From Eledone cirrhosa (taxonomy: Eukaryota): a DNA stretch of 38,872 nucleotides. The translations under genes and the position numbers were made by a program. Location of the stretch: positions 1-38,872 of the forward strand of contig CAXHJY010001594.1 in the NCBI GenBank assembly GCA_964016885.1, read 5' to 3'. The notes below the pieces were generated by a model that was not told the origin of the DNA, made no database searches, and saw nothing but the letters and a program-made list of their open reading frames with translations. Of this stretch, positions 1 to 12,827 are shown one piece after another. Within the stretch, counting starts at the first letter, position 1; each line of letters begins with the position of its first letter.

Positions 1-737
1 CGCATAGGGACTCTATATCTTTGATATATTGTTTTTGTTTATGCCACGAAACTACATAGTCGAGGAATTTTAGGAACAGTTTAGGTATGATACATTTTAT
101 TACTAATTATATCTAAATGTTTCTTCTCTCTTCATAATGTATTTTTTAACTCTGATACTGGTTCAGTCTAGTTCAAACTGAATTGGTCTGTCCCGGTCAT
201 TCATTGAGCAACATCTGTGAAGTTGGCATCCCTTAACTCACAGTTGGGTGCGGATGCGTTCATGTATATATGTGTGCGTCCGCATGTATCTGTGTGTTTC
301 TAAATATATTAATAACTCCCTCTGGTCGAGCAATCTTCGAGGTGTGGGGGACAACTGGAAAGCTTCCATTACTCATACTTCTCGCCTTCTTCACTACCTC
401 TTCTACGGCCTCGATATGAATACCCCCTCCGCCTCCGTGGTATTTTCTTCGTGGTTATAGGAGGGCTTAGCTCTGTTTCTCGACAGTTATATCGCGTGAC
501 TATCTCCCCCTCCGCCTTTTGGGATTCTTTCTCACGTCGTGTAGACGCGTTCTTGAGACTAGTAAAATGAGGTATCCTCTTGATAAGTCGGCAGACCTCG
601 CAAGGACTCTATATCTTTGATATATTGTTTTTGTTTATGCCACGAAACTACGTAGTCGAGGAATTTAGGAACAGTTTAGGTATGATACATTTTATTACTA
701 ATTATATCTAAATGTTTCTTCTCTCTTCATAATGTAT
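1..737 (+). mobile_element. Non-coding hammerhead-bearing tandem unit (retrozyme-like or Penelope pLTR-like), period ~596 nt
   Basis: 1-142 recurs almost identically at 599-737. Both copies contain the hammerhead 3' half (GCCACGAAACTAC[A/G]TAGTC|GAGGA) with cleavage triplets ending at 61 and 657. No credible ORF. Confidence 0.65.
575..662 (+). ncRNA. Type I hammerhead ribozyme, U3-A8 core variant
   Basis: Stem I TCCTC(575-579)/GAGGA(658-662); core TTGATAA(580-586); stem II GT-GGCA/TGCCAC; GAAA(644-647); palindromic stem III ACTACGTAGT; GUC triplet ending at 657. Confidence 0.8.
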
Positions 738-1589
738 ATATATATTACATATAAATATATATATACATACATATATATATATACATACATATATATATAA
801 TACATATACATATATATATATACATATATATAATATATACAAATATAATATATAATACATATATATATATATACATATACATATATATATAACATATATA
901 TACATATACATATATACATATATATATATATATACATATATATCATATACATATATACATATATATTATACATATATACACTATAATACGATATATATAT
1001 ATATACATATATACATATACATATATACATATATAATATATACATATATACATATAATATATATACATATATACATATATAGTATATACATATACATATA
1101 TACATATATACATATACATATATACAGTATATACATATACATATATACATATATATATAGTACATATATATATATACATATATACATATATATAGTATAC
1201 ATATATATTATATACATATATACATATATATAATTATACATATATATATATACATATATACATATATATATATACATATATATATATACATATATACATA
1301 TATATTAATACATATATATATATACATATATACATATATATATATACATATATATATATACATATACATATATACATATACATATATACATATATACATA
1401 TAGCATATATACATATATATATATACATATTATATATATTACATATATACATATACATATATACATATATATATATACATATATATATATACATATATAC
1501 ATATATATATATACATATATATATATACATATATACATATATATATAGTACATATATATATATATACATATATATATATACATATATAC

Positions 1590-1620
<31 letters not shown>

Positions 1621-1693
1621 CATATATATATATACATATATACATATATATATATACATATATATATATACATATATATATATACATATATAC

Positions 1694-1724
<31 letters not shown>

Positions 1725-1896
1725 CATATATATATTATAGCAAATATATATATATATATAATATACATTATATATATATATACATATATATATAATATTA
1801 ATATACATATATATTATACATATATATATAATATACATATATACATATATATATATACACATATATATTATATATATACATATATATATATTACAC

Positions 1897-1927
<31 letters not shown>

Positions 1928-2047
1928 CACATATATATATAATATATATACATATATGATATATACACATATATATATATACATATATATATACATATAC
2001 ATATATATATACACATAATATATATATACATATATACATATAAATAT

Positions 2048-2080
<33 letters not shown>

Positions 2081-2087
2081 TATATAC

Positions 2088-2139
<52 letters not shown>

Positions 2140-2245
2140 TACATAATATATATATATATATACATATATATATACATATATACATATATATATACATATA
2201 TACATATATACATATATATATACATATATACATATATATATATAC

Positions 2246-2276
<31 letters not shown>

Positions 2277-2449
2277 CATATATATATACATATATATACA
2301 TATATATTACATATATATACATATATATACATATATATATATATATATACATATATATACATATATATATATATATACATATATTATATATATACATATA
2401 TATATACATATATATATATATATACATATATATATACATATATATATAC

Positions 2450-2534
<85 letters not shown>

Positions 2535-3858
2535 AGATATATATATATACATATATATATAAAATATATACATATATATATATATATATACATATATATA
2601 GTATATATATATACATATATATATTATAATATATATACATAAATAGTATATACATATATACATATATATATATATATACATATATATAGTATACATATAT
2701 ATATATATACATATACATATATATACATATACATATATATACATATATATTATATACATTATTATACATATACATACATATATATACATATATACATATA
2801 TACATATACATACATATATATATATATATACATATATACATATATACATATACATACATATATATATATATACATATATATACATATACATATATACATA
2901 TACATATATATACTATATATACATATATACATATATATATTACATATACATATATATACATATATATATATACATATATAGATATACATATATATACATA
3001 TATATATACATATATACATATACATATATATATATACATATATATATATACATATACATATATACATATACATATACATATATACATATACATATATACA
3101 TATACATATATACATATACATTATATACATATACATATATACATATACATATATACATATACATATATACATATACATATATACATATACATATATACAT
3201 ATACATATATATATATACATATATATATATACATATATATATATACATATATATATATACATATATATATATACATATATATATATACATATATATATAT
3301 ATACATATATATATATTACATATTATATATATACATATATATACATACATATATATACATATATATATATACATATATATATATACATATATATATATAA
3401 CATATATATATATACATATATATTATACATATATATATATACATAATTATATATACATATATATATATACATATATATATATACATATATATATATACAT
3501 ATATACATATATAATATATACATATATACATATACATATATACATATATATATACATATATACATATATATATATACATATATACATATATATATATACA
3601 TATATACATATATATATATACATATATACATATATATATATACATATATACATATATATATATACATATATACATATATATATATACATAATACATATAT
3701 ATGAATATATATATACATATATATATATACATAATATATATATACATATATATATACATATATACATATACACATATATATATATACATATACACATATA
3801 TATATACATATATATAGTATACATATATATATATATACATATATACATATACATATAT
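736..3858. repeat. Compound (TA)n/(CATATA)n microsatellite
   Basis: Continuous TA dinucleotide punctuated by CA. Confidence 0.98.
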
Positions 3859-5098
3859 AACGAAGGAAATGTGGTAAGGAACCAGGTGGACCATAACGCA
3901 CCAAAGTACTCAATACTTGAGGTAGTAGAGTGGGTAATAGGAACCAGTAAGACCCCGACAGCTGAGCTCAAGCCGTTTCGACGGCTAATTCTGGACTAAA
4001 TGAACATTTATCCTGGTATTTAAATAGCCGATCTTCTCAAGGGGTAATTCCATATATGGTCAAAGTGATTGTCAAAAATCAGTAGTAATTCTGTGGTTGC
4101 AAATTAGTAGGGGAGATGGTGGCTAAACCTGCCAGTAGGAGAAAGAGGGGAGGAGGGGGTGGAGTAGACCCAATCAAGCGTTGGTAGTGCCAGCTACAGC
4201 TGGGCATGAGGTCAAAGAAGATACAGGGGGAGGGGGAGGGGGAGGAAGTCGGAACGGTAGGTAGAACAATGGGGGGTAAAAATAGGAAAGAAAAAATACT
4301 GAGAGTGAAGAAAAGCAAATAAGTGTAAAGAAAAAATTAAATTCTACGACCTAGGTGTCAGGCTATTGTTAGGCGAGAATAAAATAAAGAAAGAAAGAAA
4401 GAAGTAAATAAATAAATAAATAAATAAATAAGGAAATAAGTAAAAGAACTAGGTGGGACGAATTAGGCAAGGACCTTTTAAGAGGTATAAGTACGTAAAT
4501 GATACGGTGACTGGTCAACAAAAGGGGCCAAAATACTAAAGAGACTACCACGAAATAAACAATAAAGGTTTCCATCCCGGGCCAGCAACGACCCAGTGCA
4601 GCAAAGTGAACTTGTACGACATAATAATTCTGAGTCCCGGGAAAAATATATACTAATGCTAACTCTAAAAGATCTAAAACAAGCTACATGAAAGTTCGTA
4701 CGAAATAAAGGTAGAATACGGAGAAATAAGTTCAGAATCCACCCCGCCCAGAAGAAAAGCGAAGCAAGAAATACTGAAACGAAAAAATAAGGCATAAGTG
4801 CCACTAAGAAATATAGAGGGCACCGAGAATAGTGGGAGCGGGTCGGAAAAGGGGGGCAAGTATCCGGGGTCTAAGCCAACTGCTATAAAGGGCGGAGTCC
4901 GCCAAATCTATCAAAGACTAGGGGAGGGGGGAGTGGGGGTACTAAGGCTACATGGGGCCAAAGGGCAGCCTCGGGTGGGCGAGAAAAGACGCCGACAAAG
5001 GAGAAGAGCTGGGGTAGAAGGACAAAGGAGAGAGGGGGGAAGGAAATAAAGGATGCGATAAAAGAATACAAAGAAGATCTTACGTCTTCCTTGGCAAG
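3859..5098 (-). mobile_element. Uncharacterised non-coding element carrying a hammerhead (possible pLTR or retrozyme-like unit)
   Basis: Unique, strand-skewed sequence (pyrimidine-rich on minus) with a minus-strand hammerhead ~90 nt from the microsatellite boundary. No recognisable protein. Confidence 0.4.
3952..4045 (-). ncRNA. Type I hammerhead ribozyme, U3-A8 core variant
   Basis: Minus strand: ACCCC-TTGAGAA-GA(T)CGGCTA...TAGCCGTC-GAAA-CGGCT-TGAGCTC-AGCTG-TC|GGGGT. All three stems pair; cleavage predicted between 3957 and 3956. Confidence 0.82.
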
Positions 5099-5169
5099 CA
5101 GGCCATGTCTAACTTAATAGCACCACCTGGCGAAGTCTTTCAATTCAGGATTTGGGCACCATGGCCAAT

Positions 5170-8164
5170 TCGAGAAGAGAATTACTGTTTGCGGAGACAT
5201 ATCCGGGTGTGGGTGGTTTGTCCGGGATTACTTGGAGGAATTTGTCCAAAGACTTCTTGAATTTTGTGTGGTCAGTTTCTGTTTTGACGTGTCCTGGTGT
5301 GATGTTGAAGAGAGCAGGGCCGATTGAGGTGAAATAATTGTGCCGTATTGTTGTTATGAGTTGCGATTTAGATTTTTGAATGGACGGATAGCACGGGGCC
5401 CAAGCCTTGGGTGTATCTTGAAGGCGATGCCAACATCATTTGGGCAGTGATGATGGAACATTTTCCACATCATGCAGATAATATAACGCTCACACGGCGA
5501 CGTTGGAGTGAGTAAAGTTTCAGGTTTTCTAATCGACCCCAGTAGTCAAGGTCTGACATACCATCTATCTTTTTCGTGATTGCCCTTTGAGGAGCTTCAA
5601 GTTTCATGATACTTTGTTTCGTGTGGGGAGACCACAGTGGACAACAGTATTCAAGGTGTGGTCGGGCAAAAGTAGAGAAGGGAAGGATAATGGTGCGGGA
5701 ATCTCTCGACTGGAAGGTTCTGAGGATCCAGGAACACATTCTGCGGGCCATGTCAACTTTGCTGCTTATATGCGTGGTCCAGCTTATGTTGCTGTCCACG
5801 GTTACTCCCAAGTCTCTGATGTTGTTAGATGCCACGAGAGTTTCCCCGGAGGGAAGGAGTACGGGAGTTTCAGAGCATCCTCTTTTCCAAAGTGGATCAG
5901 TTCGAATTTGTCTTCGTTCAGTAACATGTTGTTCTTTTCTGCCCATTGGGTAACAGCCAGTAGGTCTGACTGAAGGCTTATCCGGTCATCCACGCCATTG
6001 ATGACCTTTTGGAGCTTGGAATCATCAGCGAAAATTTTAATGTTGCTGTGTTTGATGATGTCAGTGATGTCATTAATATAGATGATGAAGAGAAGTGGGC
6101 CCAACACAGTGCCTTGTGGGACCCCACTACTGACTTTGGCTGGGCTTGATTTGACTCCCTCAACTACAACATGTTGGGTTCTGTTTGACAGGAAGCTCTT
6201 GATCCACTGCAGCAGCTTTCCAGTGACACCAATATTGGACAGCTTTCTCAGTAGAATGTTATGATCAACCCTGTCAAAGGCCTTGCTGAAATCAAGGTAG
6301 ATAACATCAGTGTTGGAACCCTCTCCCAAGGCTCTCAAAATGTCATCAAAGTGATGCAGTAGCTGCTGTCAGGCAATCCCTTCCATTACGGAATCCATGC
6401 TGGTTGGAGTTCAGCATATTGTTACTCTCAAGGAAGTCGGTCATTCGCGATCTCACCACTCTCTCAAATACCTTAATGATATGAGAGGTGAGTGAGATTG
6501 GACGGTAATTCACGGCAAGGGATTTGTTTCCCTTTTTGAAAACTGGGACAACAGACTGGGATAGAAGGTTTTCTGGCACATATCCAGCATCCAGTGAGTT
6601 CCGCCACAGACTGGCAAGAGGAGATGCAAGTTGGTGTTGACACGCCTTCAAGACACAAGCAGGGAACCTATCGGGACCTACTGCTGAATTATGCTTGATT
6701 TCCTTTATTGCCGCCAAGACATCAGGGGCGCCAAACGTTATGTCCGATAAGGTGTAATGGGGAGTAACATCGCCGATACAGCCCAGATCGGCCATATCAG
6801 GATTGCTGAAAACAGAGCAGTATTGTTTCTGCAGTATCTCACCCATGGTTTTAGCATTGTCTTGAAGAGTGCCATTTTCATCAATTAGAGGGCCAACAGT
6901 AGAGCCAGTGATTTTGTGTTTTTTTGCAAATGAAAAGAAAACTTTGGGATTGAGTTTGATCTTCTCAATGGCCTAGGCCTCTTCAGCTCTTCTCTGATTG
7001 TTGATGAGGGACATTATGTTGTTTTGGAGTTATGTTTTTTAATCTCTAGTGATGAAATGGCAGTCAAGTTGATGTGTTGCTGCCGACAGTATTTCAGCTT
7101 GTTGATTTTTTGTTCGTTCTCTTAATTTTTCTGATGAGCGTTTTTCTATTTCTAGGGATTCTGCTCTTAGATTTGTTTATAGTTCTTAATGGGGTGTGTT
7201 TAGCACATATGTTTGTAACAGTGTCCACAAATGGTCTGCCAGGACTTTTTGATGTTAGTGGGTGTATGAGTGTGCGTGAAGGACCAGTCGACATGTGCAA
7301 GATCATGACTGATCGCTTCCCAGTTTGCATTGTGGAAATCCATAGCGTCAAACGGATGGACAGGAGAGATGACATTGGGTTTGTATATTGGACGGTGGAA
7401 TCTCAGATCACAGAGAACCATGTCATGATCAGAGAGTAGAGTTTTCTCCACTGCAATATGTGGATATTGTCAGTGTGATTGCTGAAAATTAAGTCTAGGA
7501 CGTTTTTGTGGCACCTCGTTGGTTCGAGCACCAGTTGGGATAGGAAGAAATCATCCATGAAGTCAAGAAGCGATTCCACAGCTTCCCTGTCAGGGGTTGA
7601 GGCAGAAGAACCTGGTGGCAGACTGTTTGTGGACCAGTCAACTCCGGGGAGGTTGAAGTCCCCCATCATTAAGATGTTGTCAGGGTGACACTCTTGGATG
7701 AAACACTTTATGCTGTTGAGGCATTCTTTGAAGCATGGTACAGGCGTTTGGGGTGGCCTATAGAGCCCAACTACTAATAGGTTGTTGGTTTGACTGAATA
7801 CAGTGACTGCTTCACAGTATCCATTAGTGAATATGTTCATAGCCTCTGTTGAGAAAGAATTATGGACATAAATGGCAGTTCCGCCCTTTCTTCTGCCAGC
7901 GCGATCAGCACGGATGGCTTTGAAATTTTTCACTTTCACCTCGGCTTCCAAGTGGAGGTTACTGAGATGGGTTTCAGTGAGGACGAAGAAAGGGATGTGG
8001 TTTGGATGGACATCAATCCAGTCCTCCAGGAATTTGATCTTCCATTTTTGAGTATTGGTGGAAGGGCTGATGCCTTGGGCGTTAAGCAAAAATGTAGAGG
8101 CGAGAGTGGATGGTTTTAATTGTTTTGGTGTGTTGTTAATTTGTTTGTTTGTTAATGGCAGCAA
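5170..8164 (-). pseudogene. LINE ORF2, endonuclease/reverse transcriptase, fragmented
   Basis: ORF fragments 7403-8164 (APE), 6346-6846, 5802-6338 (RT core) and 5470-5946 are collinear in different frames. Left boundary approximate. Confidence 0.9.
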
Positions 8165-9180
8165 TGGGAGTTTGTGCAGTGGGGTGATAGTGGAGGGTGG
8201 TGCTGGGTGATAGCTCGAATGTTTTTTTCCAGTTCTTTTGCCAGATTCATTATGGCTAAAAAAGAGGAAGAAGTTTCCTGTTTAGAAGACTGTTGGTGAC
8301 TGTGGTAGTGGTTATTTTTATGTAGGTTATGGTTTTTGTTTTTGCTTTTATTTTTAATTTTATTTTCATTTGTCCGACGGGTCCCCGGGAGATGGGTAAA
8401 GGGACAATCCCGGTCTAAACACAATCTGTCTCGCAGGGAAAAGCGGCAGATTTGTGAATTCCTTGTTTGAGTTATTGGTGGTTGTGTTGGTGTTAAATTA
8501 GAGTATGTATTATGGTGGTGGCTGTTTGTGGGGATAGATCGTTTTGTCCTAGGTAAATGGGTGAATTTGCAGCCACTATCCGTACATATTCTATAGCGTA
8601 GAGAGTAGCGGCAAATGATGGGGTTTCGAGTGGGTGGGTATGTGGGTGTGTGTGTTGTGAGAGGTGTAGATGATGGTTTGGGTAGGATTTGACGACCTTT
8701 GTGGACTGTGGGAGGGAGAGTTCTTGTTCTGGTATTAGAAGGTAAATTCCTTGAAATAGCAGTAGCCAAAGATGTTGTAGTAGTAGTAATAGTAGTAGGC
8801 AGAGAAGATGTTGGCAGTGGTGATGATTGGACTGCTGGGCCAGAGAAAGGATGTGGCGTTTCATGCTGTGAGACAGAGGCTACTGGGGGGTCAATAGTTT
8901 CATTTAGTAGATCGGCCATTGTTGATGAATCAAGGAGTGGTTCACACTGTTGTTGTCGTTGTTGTAGCTGTTGTTGTTGTTGCCGTTGTAGCTGCTGTTG
9001 TTGTTATTGCTGCTGCTGGACAGCATTCGAAGAAAAAACACACCGTAGTTTATCCAAATGTTTATTGATTAATTTAAAAGCAATTTCGATTTGCTTTAAT
9101 TTATTTTGAATCTGTTGTTCAGATCGAGTTTTCAAAAATTGAACTGTACGTTTAGCAATGTCGTTCAGAGATGAAGCATC
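8152..9180 (-). pseudogene. LINE ORF1 (5'-truncated) with poly-Q tract and two CCCH-type zinc fingers
   Basis: ORF 8152-8919 is in frame with 9004-9180 across one TAA inside the poly-Q. Motifs CRYSLRYRICTDSGCKFTH and CRFSLRDRLCLDRDCPFTH. Confidence 0.75.
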
Positions 9181-9217
9181 TACATATACATATATATATA
9201 CATATATATACATATAC

Positions 9218-9249
<32 letters not shown>

Positions 9250-10149
9250 ACATATACATATACATATATATACATATACATAGATACATATATATAGATA
9301 TATATATATATATATACATATATATACATATATACATATATATAGATATATATATATACATATATATACATATACATATATATACATATATATACATATA
9401 TATATATACATATATATACATATACATATATATACATATATATACATATATATATATACATATATATATATATACATATATATACATATATATACATATA
9501 TATACATATACATATATATACATATACATATATATACATATATATACATATATATACATATACATATATATACATATACATATATATACATATACATATA
9601 TATAGATACATATACATATATATAGATACATATACATATATATAGATACATATACATATATATAGATACATATACATATATATAGATACATATACATATA
9701 TATAGATACATATATATAGATACATATACATATATATAGATACATATACATATATAGAGATATATACATATATACATATACATATATATAGATACATATA
9801 CATATATAGAGATATATACATATATACATATACATATATATACATATATACATATATATAGATACATATACATATATAGAGATATATACATATATACATA
9901 TACATATATATACATATGTACATATATATAGATATATATATATACATATATATACATATATATACATATATATAGATACATACATATACATATATATACA
10001 TATATATACATATATATAGATACATACATATACATATATATAGATACATACATATACATATACATATATATACATATATATATACATATATATACATATA
10101 TATATACATATATATATATATATACATATACATACATATATATATATAC

Positions 10150-10180
<31 letters not shown>

Positions 10181-10187
10181 CATATAC

Positions 10188-10260
<73 letters not shown>

Positions 10261-10575
10261 CATATACATATATATACATATATATATATATACATATATA
10301 TACATATATATATATACATATATATACATATACATATATATACATATATATACATATATATACATATATATACATATACATATATATACATATATATACA
10401 TATATATATATATACATATACATATATATACATATATATACATATATACATATATATATATACATATATATATATATACATATATATACATATATATACA
10501 TATATACATATATATATATACATATATATATATATACATATACATATATATATACATATATACATATATATATAC

Positions 10576-10644
<69 letters not shown>

Positions 10645-11121
10645 AACATATATATATAAACATATATATATAAACATATATATATAAACATATATATAAA
10701 CATATATATATATATATACATATATATATAAACATATATATATAAACATATATATATAAACATATATATATAAACATATATATATAAACATATATATAAA
10801 CATATATATATACATATATATATACATATATATATACATATATATATACATATATATATACATATATATATACATATATATATACATATATATATACATA
10901 TATATATACATATATATATACATATATATACATATATATATATACATATATATACATATATATATATACATATATATATATACATATATATATATACATA
11001 TATATATATACATATATATATACACATATATATATACACATATATATATACATATATATATATACATATACATATATACATATATATATATACAAGTATA
11101 TATATACATATATATATATAC

Positions 11122-11152
<31 letters not shown>

Positions 11153-11613
11153 CATATATATATACATATATATATATACATATATATATATACATATATA
11201 CATATACATATATACATATATATATATACATATATATATATACATATATACATATATATATATATATACATATATATATACATATATATATATACATATA
11301 TATATATACATATATACATATACATATATACATATATATATATACATATATATATATACATATATATATATATACATATATATATATACATATATACATA
11401 TACATATATACATATACATATATACATATACATATATACATATATATATACATATATATATACATATATATATACATATATATATACATATATATATACA
11501 TATATATATACATATATATATACATATATATATACATATATATATACATATATATATACATATATATATACATATATATATACATATATATATACATATA
11601 TATATACATATAT

Positions 11614-11648
<35 letters not shown>

Positions 11649-12129
11649 TATATACATATATATATACATATATATATACATATATATATACATATATATA
11701 TACATATATATATACATATATATATACATATATATATACATATATATATACATATATATATACATATACATATACATATATACATATATATATACATATA
11801 TACATATATATATACATATATATATACATATATATATACATATACATATATACATATATATATACATATATATATACATATATATATACATATATATATA
11901 CATATATATATACATATATATATACATATATATATACATATATATATACATATATATATACATATATATATACATATATATATACATATATATATACATA
12001 TATATATACATATATATATACATATATATATACATATATATATACATATATATATACATATACATATACATATATATATACATACATATATATATATACA
12101 TATATATATACATACATATATATATATAC

Positions 12130-12162
<33 letters not shown>

Positions 12163-12193
12163 CATATATATATACATATACATATATATATAC

Positions 12194-12236
<43 letters not shown>

Positions 12237-12429
12237 TATATACATATACATATATATATACATATACATATATACATACATATACATATACATATATATA
12301 CATATATATATACACATATATATACATATATACACATATATATACATATATATATATACATATATATATACATATATATATATACATATATATATATACA
12401 TATATATATACATATATATATACATATAT

Positions 12430-12464
<35 letters not shown>

Positions 12465-12502
12465 TATATACATATACATATACATATATATATATATATA
12501 TA
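9181..12502. repeat. Compound (TA)n/(CATATATATA)n microsatellite
   Basis: 3.3 kb low-complexity tract with local GA- and AA-variant blocks and runs of a 12-bp unit. Confidence 0.98.
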
Positions 12503-12726
12503 AACAATTAAGTTAAAAATGTACATCTACATATGCATACTGAAATACTAGTATGCATATGAATACACACACGTATACATATGTAGATGTACCAAGTCTT
12601 TCACTGGTTACTTTACTGTGAGTATCCAGCTATTCTGTATGTAAACACACAGACAAACCGGTTTTTAGAGTCATACTGGTTTTTGAGGAAACACCTTTCC
12701 TCTATTATCCAGAAAGCCAGACAAGG

Positions 12727-12771
12727 AATATTGAACTAGTTTCGTTGTTGTTACAACTCATCAGCAATATT
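12727..12771 (-). ncRNA. Minimal type I hammerhead ribozyme (canonical CUGAUGA core)
   Basis: Minus strand: AATATTG-CTGATGA-GTTG-TAACAA-CAAC-GAAA-CTAG-TT|CAATATT. 7-bp stem I, 4-bp stem II, palindromic stem III (ACTAGT), GUU triplet. Confidence 0.85.
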
Positions 12772-12827
12772 TACCTATCTACCGGCCTTTCTGGAGAATC
12801 GTAAAAGCACATGCTTTTACGATTAGC

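Larger units (their letters stand above)
5099..9180 (-). mobile_element. Decayed CR1/L2-group LINE (ORF1 + APE endonuclease + RT), copy 1
   Basis: APE motifs LTETHL, GLYRPP, MGDFNLP, VLDLIF; RT motifs YRPISLTS, YLDFSKAFD, SGVPQGTVLGP, FADD, RDLGV, RPHLEY. Several frameshifts and stops. Confidence 0.93.

Noticed and set aside
62-657. Viroid-like ambisense ribozyme pair in the 596-nt unit
   Set aside because: No hammerhead core found on the minus strand by eye.
698-3971. Many long Y/I/M/C/V ORFs
   Set aside because: Translations of TA/CA microsatellite that lacks stop codons.
5587-6264. Plus-strand ORFs over the LINE (also 18428-19546 and 21192-22253 over the RTEs)
   Set aside because: Antisense shadows of RT coding sequence.
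9004-12526. Three ORFs over 1100 aa
   Set aside because: Microsatellite artefacts. Only 9004-9180 is real (LINE ORF1).
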